From: an uncultured Methanosarcinaceae archaeon | GTDB lineage: Archaea; Halobacteriota; Methanosarcinia; Methanosarcinales; Methanosarcinaceae | Direction: 5' to 3' | Assembly: GCA_963727895.1 (NCBI GenBank) | Contig: CAVSHT010000004.1 | Coordinates: forward strand, 224,001-288,000 | DNA: 64,000 nucleotides | The notes under the pieces: generated by a model | What the model was told of the DNA's origin: nothing | The model's input: the letters and a program-made list of their open reading frames with translations, nothing else | Database searches by the model: none | Made by a program: the position numbers and the translations under genes | Shown here: positions 22,036 through 33,504 of the stretch, piece after piece | Numbering within the stretch: the first letter of the stretch is position 1 | Layout: every line of letters starts with the position of its first letter

Positions 22036-22971
22036 TTAAATTATTCCAAGATACATAAGCAGGGCAACGGAAATCAGTATAAATCCTGTTGTCAGCCTTA
22101 TTTCCACTCTCCATTTTTCCCTAAATTGAGTAACTGTATTGGGACTAAGTCCAAATTTAAGGAGAAGGCCTAGAGTTATCACTGGAAGTAAAAGTCCAAA
22201 ATTGTAAAGTCCCATGTATATTGTTCCCCTTAATATATCTGTTTTTATTGCAAGGATGCTCAAAAGAGAGAGGTATATTGCTCCCACGCAAGGAGCTTTG
22301 ACAAAGGAAAACATACTTCCTGAAAGGAAAGACAATAGAAGAATATTATTTTTGTCCATTTTCTCCATAAAATTTTTTAAGGATTTGGGAGTCCGAAAGG
22401 TAGATTGTGCATGCTTTTTTAACCAGTAAGCATCAAAAATATGCCAGAAACCTAGCAGGTAAATAATCAATATTGAGAGTTTTATAAAATTTTCCTGGAT
22501 ATCAGGCAGGAAATTAACAATACTGAGAATACTTATTCCCCAAAGCATGTACATGATAAAGATTCCAGCTGAAAAACCAATTGTGATTTTGAGCATTTCC
22601 TCTCTTCTCCCATTCTTAAGAAGGGTTACTGAAGCAAGAAATGCCATTACTGCAAGGAGACAGGGATTGAAACCTGCAAGGATACCAACTGCTAGAAGTA
22701 AAAGTGGGCTTATTTCTTCAATATGTTTGCTCTTCTTCTCTCGGTTTTCAAAAAGAGATAATGAAAGATCCTGAGTAAAAAACGAAGAAGAGATTTCGCT
22801 TTCTTTCAAAAAAATTCCTGCTTTGACTTCAAAAGCTCCATTAAAGCAACCCACTGATCTACTATCAAACATACTTGCCGAACCAAAAGTAGGACTCAGT
22901 AGCAAAAAAATGAATGCAAATGAAATAATTCTTTTATTCACAAACAGATTACGCACATTTTCCTTTTTCAT
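22036..22971 (-). CDS. CcdA/DsbD-like transmembrane thiol-disulfide transporter
   Basis: GILAGFNPCLLAV and KAPCVGAIY paired Cys-Pro motifs, multiple TM helices; start approximate. Confidence 0.85.
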   Translation of the reverse strand: MKKENVRNLFVNKRIISFAFIFLLLSPTFGSASMFDSRSVGCFNGAFEVKAGIFLKESEISSSFFTQDLSLSLFENREKKSKHIEEISPLLLLAVGILAGFNPCLLAVMAFLASVTLLKNGRREEMLKITIGFSAGIFIMYMLWGISILSIVNFLPDIQENFIKLSILIIYLLGFWHIFDAYWLKKHAQSTFRTPKSLKNFMEKMDKNNILLLSFLSGSMFSFVKAPCVGAIYLSLLSILAIKTDILRGTIYMGLYNFGLLLPVITLGLLLKFGLSPNTVTQFREKWRVEIRLTTGFILISVALLMYLGII

Positions 22972-24002
22972 ATATTTTTCCAAAATTATTTTTATAAAGG
23001 CACTGCGAACTTCAGACTCAAAGACACATACTCTTTGGTCAGATACATATTTCACATATTATCAGTTACTCCTTTCTGAAGAAGGAGCCTGTATCCAGAT
23101 TAAGTTTCATTTTTTTAATTATTTATATAGTTAAAACAAAAAATCTTATTTAATGATATCAATGATTTCTTTTAATTTTATGGATTAATGTATATTTTTA
23201 GCCTTAATTTATACATTTATGTATTTAATTTTAAATTCAAAATTTATATTTTTTACTGTTATTATTTCCCACACAAATTTTAAAAAGTTTATATCAAGAA
23301 ATAAGTACAAACAGTACTATTTTTTGGGATTATATATTATTTTCTTTGTAGTCTTATTTTATCATAAACTTTTGCTGAGAATAACCTATGTCCTCATTTG
23401 ATTAAATAAAATTTATTTTGTAATTAGTGAACAACTTTTATTTTATTTGAAAAGCAAAATATGGTCGTAAACTATTAGTTAGTTGATGTTATTTACAAAA
23501 CACTTTTTGTGGCTCATCATATATTTTTTCAATTTAGTAAGGTTAATAGCATACTTGATGCACAAAACATCAGATATTTCCAGCACTGATAAATTAATTA
23601 TGAAAACATCAACTGCATAAAGATAAACGACCTAGTTTTGTGGGGACAAAAAGTAAGGAGCATTTTTACAATTTTATTTATATAAATCTGTGGGCAAAAA
23701 CAGAAATTAGAGGATTTCTACAAAGCCAATTTTTAATTCATATTTATCATACAGATAACCAAATGACATAATAATAAATATTTAAATAGTTTTTGCTAAA
23801 AAACATTTTATATAGGGATATTATTTGTTCAGAACCAATTTTTCATATAATTAATTATAAATAAATTTGGTAATTATTATAATCTGCAAACTAAAGAATG
23901 TAATCAAGTTTACTAGAACTAGACATATTTCAGGTTCAACTGCAGTTGTATAATTATGTTAACCTTCATAAACTTGACTGAATCATTAGGAGATCTATCT
24001 AT

Positions 24003-24662
24003 ATGAAAGATAACTTGCTTGAAAAAGGTGCAATCGTTCAGAGAGACCGTGAAACTTATGCAATAGCTCCCCACATTCCAGGAGGTGTTGTAGATCCTGC
24101 AACCCTCAGGAAAATTGCTGATGTTGCTGAAAAATATGGAGCAGCAGCCCTTAAAGTAACTTCGGCCCAAAGAATTGCGATAGTGGGCTTAAAAGAAAAA
24201 GATCTTGATAATATATGGGCTGATCTCGGAATCAAACCGGGGGCAGCTGTAGGGCTATGTGTAAGGAGTATAAAGATTTGCCCCGGTACAACTTTTTGTA
24301 AGCAGGCAAAGCAAGATTCTCTAGGGCTTGGTCTGAAGCTCGATGAGAAATATCATGGAATGCCTATGCCTTCCAAGCTAAAGATAGGCGTCTCAGGATG
24401 CCAAAACTCTTGCTCTGAATCAGCTATTAAAGACATTGGAGTAATTGGTACTTCCAAAGGATATACCCTGATGGTAGGAGGTGCTGTAGCTGCATCTCCA
24501 AGACTTGCTGACATTGTAGCAAAGGAATTATCTGAAGAGGAAGTCTTAGAAGCTATTGATAGGATAATTGATTACTACAAAAACTCAGGTACTAAAAAGA
24601 GACTTGGAAAACACATTGAAGACATTGGTCTTGAGAATTTCAAAGCTCAAGTAGGGTTATAA
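24003..24662 (+). CDS. Small nitrite/sulfite reductase-like protein (siroheme-4Fe4S domain)
   Basis: PHIPGG, TSAQRI ferredoxin half-domain; CPGTTFC and GCQNSC cluster ligands. Confidence 0.9.
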   Translation: MKDNLLEKGAIVQRDRETYAIAPHIPGGVVDPATLRKIADVAEKYGAAALKVTSAQRIAIVGLKEKDLDNIWADLGIKPGAAVGLCVRSIKICPGTTFCKQAKQDSLGLGLKLDEKYHGMPMPSKLKIGVSGCQNSCSESAIKDIGVIGTSKGYTLMVGGAVAASPRLADIVAKELSEEEVLEAIDRIIDYYKNSGTKKRLGKHIEDIGLENFKAQVGL

Positions 24663-24710
24663 GACTGTGGTGAAAAAAATCTGATTTTATTGTAAAGAAC
24701 GTTTTTTTAA

Positions 24711-24800
24711 CTGGTATTATGAAATTTGCAGGATAAGATCTTTTATAGGTTCGAAGGTGGCTGAAAAAGCTCAAATCCCCTGCAAACTTCACAGTACCTG
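24711..24800. mobile_element. 90-bp MITE-like element flanked by TTAA
   Basis: ctggtattatgaaatttgcagg versus reverse complement caggtactgtgaagtttgcagg (18/22); TTAA at 24707-24710 and 24801-24804. Confidence 0.7.
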
Positions 24801-24881
24801 TTAAAGCCATACTTCATCTTTTAATTTTTCAACGGTATTTATTGCTTTATAATATCCTTCTAGATCTGATTTATTTTTAAA

Positions 24882-24987
24882 TTTTTGCAACAGAACCAGT
24901 TTAAAAACTTTCTAATATACAACATTTCCACAACTGATGAAGTTAATTATATTTGAGAATTCAGTTACAAAGGTTCTGTTGCAAAAA
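24882..24987. mobile_element. Two back-to-back solo IS6-type terminal repeats 74 bp apart
   Basis: tttttgcaacagaacc (24882-24897) and ggttctgttgcaaaaa (24972-24987). Confidence 0.7.
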
Positions 24988-25117
24988 AATTGTAAGAAAA
25001 ATACAAAAGAATGAAGAATAAACCAGGTAGTAATATGCTATCTATTTTCTTTTAAAGAGAACTTTACAGTTCTCATTGCAACGTAAGAATAATGTCTACT
25101 TTATAAAGTGGGTTTTT

Positions 25118-25264
25118 ATGAAAAACAATAACGACCTCAATCTCAAGGTCAACAATCTTATCAAGAGTATATTCAGCGATGCCCTGAGCGTCTCTCTGAA
25201 AGACCCCTACAATGCAGCCTTTTTCAGGGCTATGCTGGCACAGAAAAAAGCGGCCTCAAAATGA
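25118..25264 (+). pseudogene. Probable 5' fragment of a radical SAM protein
   Basis: IKSIFSDALSVSLKDP..AAFFRAMLAQKKAA recalls N-terminal extension of methanogen radical SAM/SPASM proteins; no CxxxCxxC present; recognition from memory only. Confidence 0.35.
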
Positions 25265-25277
25265 AAATGATTCTATG

Positions 25278-25925
25278 TTAACATAATAAATCGAAAACCT
25301 TTCTACCGATGCGGACGATGCTTGCACCTTCTTCGATTGCTATTTGATAATCGTCTGTCATTCCCATTGAGAGATATTGAAAATGTTTTTTTGAATGCTT
25401 CTCTGCTTTATCTTTTAAGTCTTTTAATTCTTTGAAATATTTCCTTGAATCTTTTGGGTCTTCGCTTTTCGGCGGGATTGTCATCAGACCTTCAAAACTT
25501 AAGTATTTGAGAGTTGATATTTGCTCTAGGAGTTTCAAGAGATCTTCGGGCTTTACGCCTGTGTGTTTTTTTTCGTCTGTCTTCACTTGTATAAGGATTT
25601 TCTGAATTGTTTTATTTTCTTTTGCTGCATCGTTTATCTTTTCTGCAAGTTCGTATGAATCAACACTTTCTATTAAATAGGGATTCAGGTTTACTACTTT
25701 TTTTGCTTTGTTTAACTGGAGTGTGCCAATGAAGTGAGTTTTTATCTCAGGTGGAAGATGTAGAGCCAAACATTTCATCTGCTGGTAATGGTTGAAGCCT
25801 ATGTCTGTAACGCCTGCTTTTACGGCTTCTTCTATTTGTATTTTTGAGGCATATTTTACTGCAACGACAAGTGTTACATCAGAGGGTATCGTTTTTAAAA
25901 GTTCTTTTACATTGTCTTTGATCAT
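25278..25925 (-). CDS. yggS: YggS/PLP-homeostasis family protein
   Basis: LVVAVKY, HFIGTLQLNKAK, IESVDS, GLMTIPP, LSMGMTDDYQIAIEEGASIVRIGR. Confidence 0.93.
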   Translation of the reverse strand: MIKDNVKELLKTIPSDVTLVVAVKYASKIQIEEAVKAGVTDIGFNHYQQMKCLALHLPPEIKTHFIGTLQLNKAKKVVNLNPYLIESVDSYELAEKINDAAKENKTIQKILIQVKTDEKKHTGVKPEDLLKLLEQISTLKYLSFEGLMTIPPKSEDPKDSRKYFKELKDLKDKAEKHSKKHFQYLSMGMTDDYQIAIEEGASIVRIGRKVFDLLC

Positions 25926-26056
25926 ATGTTATCATTTTCTTCGATAATATGTTGTTATTGTATGCAGAGATTTATAGCATTTTGTCTCTTTTAGAATGAG
26001 CATTTCTAATCCTAAGTAATCGTATAATATCTTTTTTATGACTTCAATGGTACACA

Positions 26057-27216
26057 GATGGTCCATTTTTATTTGATTGATGTTTTAAAACACCTGAATG
26101 TCAGCAGTTCCTTTAAAGTCTATATTGAGTCCACAATTCCTGCTTTTCTTGCAGGTGTATTTTTACATTCAATCCCTCTTTCATCTTTGTACTTCAATCC
26201 TCCATGACCTCTACAGAAGTTAAAATGGGTACAATATAACCTCATTTGATACTCTAACTATTCTTTCGCTTTTGAAAATCCTATTGTTTTTCTTGAAACT
26301 CTGTTGTTATCCTGCCTAAAAGTCAGGTTTTGTCTTTCAAGTAAAGTTGTTGAGATTTCGCTTTGTTCAATGTCTTTTCCAAAGATAGTCTTCTTCTCTA
26401 CTTTCTTAAGTAACCCATTTATTCTTATTTTGACTACCTGTGCATATTTCAAATCATCAGAGGGAAAAATTTTTGGTTTCTTTGGTCTTCCTCTTTTCCC
26501 AGTCCTTGGAAACTCAATCAAAACTCCAAAATGTTTCAAAGGAGCTTCTCTATAAAAGTTCAACCCATCTGTGACAAAAAAGGGATTTTATCAGAAAGAT
26601 GTTTTTTAACTGACTCAATTAATTTATCCGCAACATACTGTTTTCTTGGTCCGATTACAAAGTCAAGTATTAGCCTACAACCTGGTGCAAAAGCTATCCA
26701 CATCCATGGTCCATCATCTTCATAATCTTTCATTCTAGGATTTTTTTTTGAATTATTACCCATAGTTCATCCATTTCTATCTTGGGTACATCCATGTTTT
26801 TCATCATGCTGTCATTTACTTTATTGCCTTGGTTAGCTGCACGAGCTAACCATCGTTTTAGACTGGCAGATTCTACCTCTAAAACATCGGCAATGGCTTC
26901 AATGCTCATACCTTTCATAGACATTTTTAAAGTTAAATCAATAGTTTTCTCAGCTTTGCGAAGATTATGATAAAAAGTGTCTGTATGGTCGTTAAATACT
27001 TTACCGCAATGGCAGCAAAGATATTTTCTTGTTTTTTTCCACGACTTATGTAAGTTCCATTTCCAGCAACATTGCCTTGGTTAGTAAGACCATAGAGCTT
27101 GCAGTTTTTGTTTGGGCAGGAAACGCCAATGAATTGTGGTTTTGGACCTCGTTTCCCCATAATATAAACATATGAGTTTCTAATATATAATACCAATCAG
27201 ATACAAATAGACCATC
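26057..27216 (-). mobile_element. 1160-bp IS1-like element, multiply frameshifted, 8-bp target duplication
   Basis: TIR gatggtccatttttatttgattg / gatggtctatttgtatctgattg; GGTACACA at 26049-26056 and 27217-27224; fragments CPNKNC, EMDELW, ERQNLTFRQDNNRVSRKT. Confidence 0.9.
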
Positions 27217-27789
27217 GGTACACACACATCGAAGGAAAAAATATACTCATTTTTGAAAAGGTTTCAATATATGGCGGTTTTAAAAATCATGTTCACAGTC
27301 TTTGGAATAACATATAACTCAAACACACAGCTCTAATCAGTCAATATCAAAAATTTTCGTTGAGTGAACAAAATTAGCTTGAAATTTAGAATTTTTCTCG
27401 CTTTTCTGGCACTTACGTTAATTGGAAATATCAAAAAAGGCTGAAAGCTAGTGTATATTAATTCAAGAATACACTACATCATCATTTATGGCTTTATAGA
27501 AAGCCTATCCAAAGAAGCTCCAAGAAACTGAAAAGAAACAAGTAGTTTTGTAGAATGTTTAAAAACTTCCTGTTTTTGGATTGCTGCCCATAAGTGACTT
27601 ATAAGTAGATGTAGAACAAAATTTACTAAGACTTATATTATTAATCAAACTCAACAATGAAGAATTTTTCGTTTTAGACTGCACAGTTAAATAAGTTTAA
27701 AACAGCATTATCCAAGAAAAGAACAAAACTAAAAGAGATAATTTTTCAGCCAATAATATAAATAATATATATTTTATTGAAGTGCTCAT

Positions 27790-28437
27790 ATGTTAGATCC
27801 AAATTATCTTATAGATTTATTTTTGAATCTTGATACTCACTTAAGTGCAATAACAAATGAATATGGTCTATTAACGTACTTACTGTTGTTTGTTATTGTC
27901 TTTTGTGAGACTGGGCTGGTAGTAACTCCTTTCTTACCGGGTGATTCTTTTATCTTTGCAGCTGGAGCTCTGGCTGCCAGTGGTTCATTCAATTTATTTA
28001 CTATTTTAGTTGTTTTATGTCTTGCAGCCGTTGCAGGAGATACTGTCAATTATCAAATAGGTCATTTATTAAGAGATAGAGTAGCAAGTAGTGAAAATAT
28101 ACCTTTTATTAAACAGGAACATCTTGACCGTACACATGCATTCTTTGAGAAGTATGGGGTAAAAACAATAATTATAGCCCGCTTTGTCCCTATCATCCGT
28201 ACCTTTGCACCGTTTGTAGCAGGAATTGGAACAATGCCCTATCCGACATTCATTAGCTACAATGTCATTGGGGGAGTTGCATGGGTAATGTCGTTTCTTT
28301 TTGGAGGATACTTCTTTGGAAACTTGCCAGTTGTAAAAGATAACTTCAGCTTTGTAATACTTGGAGTAATTCTTATTTCGTTACTTCCAGGCATTATCGC
28401 ATATATTCAGAGTAAACGTGATCTAGAAAGCGCATGA
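27790..28437 (+). CDS. dedA: DedA-family membrane protein
   Basis: FCETGLVVTPFLPGDS, ARFVPIIRTFAPFVAG. Confidence 0.95.
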   Translation: MLDPNYLIDLFLNLDTHLSAITNEYGLLTYLLLFVIVFCETGLVVTPFLPGDSFIFAAGALAASGSFNLFTILVVLCLAAVAGDTVNYQIGHLLRDRVASSENIPFIKQEHLDRTHAFFEKYGVKTIIIARFVPIIRTFAPFVAGIGTMPYPTFISYNVIGGVAWVMSFLFGGYFFGNLPVVKDNFSFVILGVILISLLPGIIAYIQSKRDLESA

Positions 28438-28627
28438 TTAAATGAAGACTTAGCATAGATCCTCAAAGTTATCTATTCCTAATATACTTTTAAGAGTGCT
28501 TTCATGATAAAAAATTCGATTGATAATTCAAAAATACAACGTTCAAAAAGCAAATTAAAGTTTAAGAAAGCTAAATAGAAAATTTTATTTCATAAAACCT
28601 AGACTCTAAACCTTGTGAGGTATTCTT

Positions 28628-29596
28628 TTGAAAATAGGAACCCTGGTAAAAGTTATTGTGACCCTTTTATTTCTCACGGCTGGGGTGCTTCTAGTTCAAA
28701 GTTACTGGATAGATATCGCGCCTATTCTTAAAGAAGTGTTGAACACACTTGAGGGAACAAGGTTACGTTATGTTTTTCTGGCTATTTCAGTGTACTTGCT
28801 AAGTGTGTACTTATACTCAGTCCGCTGGCAGCAGGTTCTCTCCTGTATAGGTTATGATCCAAAAGCCACGAAACTTGTTCCGATTTATTTTGGAGCAGTA
28901 TTTATAAACAATGTTACTCCAGGAGGAAATATGGCAGGAGGAGAATCCTTTAGGATTCTGTGGGCCAATAAACTCTTTGGGATAAGTTATACCAATGCCT
29001 TCAAGACGATCTTTTTCGAAAGATTAGTTGAAGCAATTCCTGTTGCTTTTTTATTTATTTATATCCTGTATTCATTTCCCTCTTTAGAGATTAAATTACT
29101 GCCTCATGGTTTAACTTTACGAACAATCCATTTACTTTTCATAGTTATTTTGATAGCAGGAATCATAACATGGGTTTTTCGAGAGAAATTTGTGTCTCTT
29201 TTAAAGGTTATACAGCAAAACTGGAATCTGTTCAAAAAATCATTTATTCCTGTCCTCTTTTTATCTTGTGGAGTCTGGGTCCTTGATGTAATACGCCTCA
29301 AATTAGTCTCTTTAGCTCTGAATATCAATCTCTCTTTAAATTTAATAATAACAGTTTCAATTCTATCTTTCTTTCTAGGAGCTCTGCCATTAACTCCAGG
29401 AGGGCTTGGAATCATTGAAGGAGGATTGATATCTTTACTTCTGTATTTTGGGCTATCCGTTGCGTCAGCAAGCAGTTTCGTTTTACTGGAACGTATTATT
29501 TCTTATGGGATCAGCAGCATAATAGGATTTTTATACCTGTCTTATTATGGAGGCTTCAAGATATGGGAAAAAGCAAAAAAAGAAAAACTACGCTGA
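28628..29596 (+). CDS. UPF0104/lysylphosphatidylglycerol synthase TM (flippase-like) protein
   Basis: RWQQVL, NNVTPGG..GGE..R, ERLVE, LPLTPGGLGIIEG, LLERIISY. Confidence 0.9.
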   Translation: MKIGTLVKVIVTLLFLTAGVLLVQSYWIDIAPILKEVLNTLEGTRLRYVFLAISVYLLSVYLYSVRWQQVLSCIGYDPKATKLVPIYFGAVFINNVTPGGNMAGGESFRILWANKLFGISYTNAFKTIFFERLVEAIPVAFLFIYILYSFPSLEIKLLPHGLTLRTIHLLFIVILIAGIITWVFREKFVSLLKVIQQNWNLFKKSFIPVLFLSCGVWVLDVIRLKLVSLALNINLSLNLIITVSILSFFLGALPLTPGGLGIIEGGLISLLLYFGLSVASASSFVLLERIISYGISSIIGFLYLSYYGGFKIWEKAKKEKLR

Positions 29597-29702
29597 CCTC
29601 CAATTAATTGCAATTATCTCGAAACCTGATTTATTTTTTCCTGATCAAATGCAAACAAACTGAAAAACCTATTAGTGACAGCTCTTTCAGTTTCCCGATT
29701 TC

Positions 29703-30374
29703 TTACTTCATTTCGGCCTTTTTCAGCTCTTCTCTTATATTTTCTACAGTCTTCCAAGACTGTCTAACTATTACAGGGAATTCTCCAGAGTGCTCTTTTC
29801 CCCAATTCAGCAGGAATTCTTTTGTTTTCGGGTCTGAAGGATAACCGCTGCCGAAGTCCAGACCCCATTTTTTCTTTAATTCTTCTATAAGTTCATCTCT
29901 GCGGACCTTCGCAATAATTGAGGCTGCCGAAACAACAGGATAAATAGCGTCTGCCTGATGCATAGAAATTATTTCTATCTCTTTTGCATGAGTAGGACTG
30001 GTTTTTGCGTACTGCTTACGGAGGTTATCTGCAAAGCGTTCGGCTTTGACATCAGCAGCATCAGCATATATAATATCTGGTTTTAACTGTTCGAGAACTT
30101 TTGAAAAACAGACAACCATGATTTCATTCATTGTCATAATCTTTCGAAGTTCATCTATCTGAGAAGGGCTGACTTCAAGAACAAAAAAGCCGTCTGCATG
30201 TTTTTTAATCTGAGATGCAAGTTGCTCTCGCTTTTTTGGCGTCAATTTCTTGGAATCTGCAACCCCAAGAACTTTGAGGATATGAGCTTTAGATTCTTCA
30301 ATTTTTACGCCTCCTATGCACATGGGCCCAATTACTGGACCTTTTCCAGCTTCGTCTATTCCTGCGATCATCAT
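29703..30374 (-). CDS. rnhB: Ribonuclease HII
   Basis: GIDEAGKGPVIGP, DSKKL, VSAASIIAKV.RD, GSGYPSDP. Confidence 0.97.
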   Translation of the reverse strand: MMIAGIDEAGKGPVIGPMCIGGVKIEESKAHILKVLGVADSKKLTPKKREQLASQIKKHADGFFVLEVSPSQIDELRKIMTMNEIMVVCFSKVLEQLKPDIIYADAADVKAERFADNLRKQYAKTSPTHAKEIEIISMHQADAIYPVVSAASIIAKVRRDELIEELKKKWGLDFGSGYPSDPKTKEFLLNWGKEHSGEFPVIVRQSWKTVENIREELKKAEMK

Positions 30375-30624
30375 TTCTTGATGCCTCCTAATTTGAAGAA
30401 AGAGGGCTTGTTATTATTTTAAAAAGTAGGTAAAGATGGAATTTACCTAGTATTAACAGAACTCTATAAGAACTTTCTAAGATAACGAGTCTTCATTCAT
30501 TTGAACTTAATGGCTTGACACATTTTTGTTGAGTTATTTTCAGTTTTCTGAGGAAAATTTATACATATTTTCCTAAGGTACTATCATAATACAGAGCTAA
30601 AGTTTCTAACAGGTATTAGACGGT

Positions 30625-31680
30625 TCATCCAAACCAGTTTCTACCCAGTCTCTTTTCCTTCATCCCATGCCTACTTACATAAACTTCATACTCTTTTTTA
30701 TTATTCTTGTCGAAAACAAACCTGTAAAAAGATTTGAAGTAAGCAAGTTCTTGAATGCAAGGATTTCTGACGTCACTAAGGATAACCACTATAGAGTCTT
30801 TTGTTTCGGAAATCGAGAAGATAGGATAATCAATTTCCTGAGGAACGCCTGTTCTATAGAGTTTTTCGACTCGTTTAACATAAGCAGCACTATTAGAGAT
30901 ATTTCCCTCTACAGAAACTTTTTTAACATACAGACTTTTCTCGATTCCTGAAAGATAACTTATTTCTAGGACTTTGTAATGGGTAGAATTATATGAGTAA
31001 GCTGCCAAGAATTTGTTTACTGATTCTGGATAAGTGTTCTGATAGCTTATTTCAGCTTTTTCTGTCCAGGAAACCCGGCTTATCAAGAAAGCTTTTGAAA
31101 TCGGCATAACAGTAAGCCAGAAGAGTAATATAAAAATAAACAAGGCATAAAGTTTGTCGTCAAATTTTGATATGAAAGTGAAAAAACTATTTATTTTTCC
31201 TTTAAGATATACCCTTTTACTCAAATTTCCCATAATCAAAATAAATAGGAGTAGAAGAGGAAGCAAATTTAACAGAGGGTCAAAAAAATAAATTGCATCC
31301 ATAATTGAAGCGTCCTTACTGAAAGGATAGAAGGGACGCATTTTCCAGCTTGTGACATAGTCAAGGTAAGAATGAAAAAAAAGAGATTGGAATCCTCCTA
31401 TAGTAAAAAGCCAATCTTTTGTTTTAAACCATATAATGAAAGTAATCAGAAATATAAAAAGGATTGAATGCATGAACTCTCTGTGCCCTATAAGGTAAAA
31501 AAGCTGATTTCTGCCCTCTGGACTAAGGCTGTTATTCACAAAGATAAATGCCGAATACAGAATAAAATCCAGATCAGGAAAAACAGATAATAAAACTACA
31601 ATTTTTAGTTTATTTCCTTTCAGGCCTAAGGCCATAGCAATGAGAAAACCTACTCCCATATGGGAAATTACATTTACCAT
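30625..31680 (-). CDS. Membrane-bound metal-dependent hydrolase (YdjM-like)
   Basis: SH, PDLD, HREFMHS, HSYLD, PFYPFS motifs. Confidence 0.85.
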   Translation of the reverse strand: MVNVISHMGVGFLIAMALGLKGNKLKIVVLLSVFPDLDFILYSAFIFVNNSLSPEGRNQLFYLIGHREFMHSILFIFLITFIIWFKTKDWLFTIGGFQSLFFHSYLDYVTSWKMRPFYPFSKDASIMDAIYFFDPLLNLLPLLLLFILIMGNLSKRVYLKGKINSFFTFISKFDDKLYALFIFILLFWLTVMPISKAFLISRVSWTEKAEISYQNTYPESVNKFLAAYSYNSTHYKVLEISYLSGIEKSLYVKKVSVEGNISNSAAYVKRVEKLYRTGVPQEIDYPIFSISETKDSIVVILSDVRNPCIQELAYFKSFYRFVFDKNNKKEYEVYVSRHGMKEKRLGRNWFG

Positions 31681-32405
31681 GATCCTTAATCCCTGAAGTG
31701 GATTTTTTATATTTAATAATCTATAAAATATTACAGATATATTTATTCTTTTTGAAAAACCGCATTCAAGAGTTTTAAAGTTGTATTTATTTTGAGAAAA
31801 GTAGAAAGTGATATATAATATTTAAAAAAGTTTGTTGTTGAAAATCACATTTATACTAGATGTTTTTCATTTTGGTAGGGTAGTTGTGTAACTAAGCAAT
31901 AAAACAGAGAAGAGCTAAGAAAACCCTATTTTACAAAGAATTCAGATATTTTTAAATGAAAACAAAAAAGCTAGCGATGGTTCACTCCATCTACAATCAG
32001 ACGGTCACAGGTTATTTGTGACTCACTCACTCCTATAACGAGATCAATTGTTAAAAATTTCGTAATGTAATTTTTAAGAGCAATATATAAGTTTTTCCTT
32101 CTTGTATTAATGAATTTATTTAAATGTTAAGATGTTCATATTAATAAATGTTTGTGTAAAAACTATGAATTTCTGCCGAAAGAAGAATAACTTCCGTATA
32201 TATTTCCAAGACCCAGAAGAAAACTTATAAAAAGAATGTAAAAAAGGCATTTCAGGCTTTTATATGGCAGCAGATCACTACTTCTTTTACTCCAAGATAG
32301 CATTCAAAAAATTAATCAGTTTGTGATCTCTGGTTGCAAAGTATAATTTGTTTATATACAAATGGCAATATAAAATAAATTTGGATTAAAAAGGAGATGT
32401 ATAGC

Positions 32406-33500
32406 ATGGTAAGTGAAATGACTCCAGCCCGAAGAGTTCTGGCAGCAGTGCTTGGAGGCAGGGTTGACTATGTCCCCCCTGCAAATCCCCTCGCTCAGAC
32501 CACACCAGAATTGATGCAAGTATGCAATGCTTCCTGGCCAAAAGCTCACTTTGACAGCAAGATGATGGCAGACCTTGCTGCCGCCCCCTATGAAGTTTGC
32601 GGCATTGAGGCTGCCCGTCCCCAATTTGATATTTATCTCGAAGCGGAGGTTCTTGGGTGCAAACTTGACTGGAAGAAACCAGACAGACCTCCTGTAATTG
32701 GCCCTGTTTATACGGATCCTGCCGATGTAATCTGGCCTGATAACTTGGAAGAAACCGGAAGGATTCCAGTGGTGCTTGGAGCAATCGAAGAACTGAGAAA
32801 ACGCTATGACGGCGTGCTTCCTATTATTCCAGTACTTACATCTCCCTTTACGGTAGCAGGTCACATCGCAGGCGTTGAAAATATGGCTCGGTGGACAAAG
32901 ACTGACCCAGAAAAAGCTCACGCTTTCATTGAAGCAGCAACTGATTTCGTCATAGCTTACGGGAAATTGCAGACTGTCTACGGAGCACATGTTATCTTTC
33001 TGGCTGATCCTTCGGCTTCCGGCGATTTGATTTCTGCGGAAACATACAGGGAATTTATACTTCCGTCTCACCAAAAAATAGCAAAGGAAATTAGCTGTCC
33101 CCAGATCCTGCACATCTGCGGGGATACCAGTAAGCTCCTGCCTTACATAAAGCAAAGCGGAATTGACTGTTTTTCCTTTGATGAGGTTCCGGTATGGTAT
33201 TGTCGTCGGGTAGTTGGCAACGATATGTCCATTCTAGGAAGCCTGGATGTCATAGATCTGATGCCAAACGGGACCCCAGAACAAGTTTATAACATAACCA
33301 GAGAATGCATTCTCCAAGGAGCTGATATCGTCGGGACTTCATGTGGTGTCTCATTTGGAACCTCTCTAGAAAATCTCAGCGCATATGTCAGGGCCTGCAA
33401 GGAGACTCCAATTCCCAAGTACGACGACGTAGAAGATCTTATCAGGCAGATAGGAGTCGGAATTGGAAGAAATATGAGAGAAAACGCGCTGGGGGGATGA
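32406..33500 (+). CDS. mtsA: Methylthiol:coenzyme M methyltransferase subunit A
   Basis: [31 protein letters not shown]; UroD-fold with HICG Zn motif; closely matches recalled Methanosarcina barkeri MtsA. Confidence 0.92.
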   Translation: MVSEMTPARRVLAAVLGGRVDYVPPANPLAQTTPELMQVCNASWPKAHFDSKMMADLAAAPYEVCGIEAARPQFDIYLEAEVLGCKLDWKKPDRPPVIGPVYTDPADVIWPDNLEETGRIPVVLGAIEELRKRYDGVLPIIPVLTSPFTVAGHIAGVENMARWTKTDPEKAHAFIEAATDFVIAYGKLQTVYGAHVIFLADPSASGDLISAETYREFILPSHQKIAKEISCPQILHICGDTSKLLPYIKQSGIDCFSFDEVPVWYCRRVVGNDMSILGSLDVIDLMPNGTPEQVYNITRECILQGADIVGTSCGVSFGTSLENLSAYVRACKETPIPKYDDVEDLIRQIGVGIGRNMRENALGG

Positions 33501-33504
33501 AAGA

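Noticed and set aside
17666..33155. Long antisense ORFs (17666-18277, 18568-18981, 32352-33155 and similar)
   Set aside because: Shadow frames of well-supported genes, no motifs
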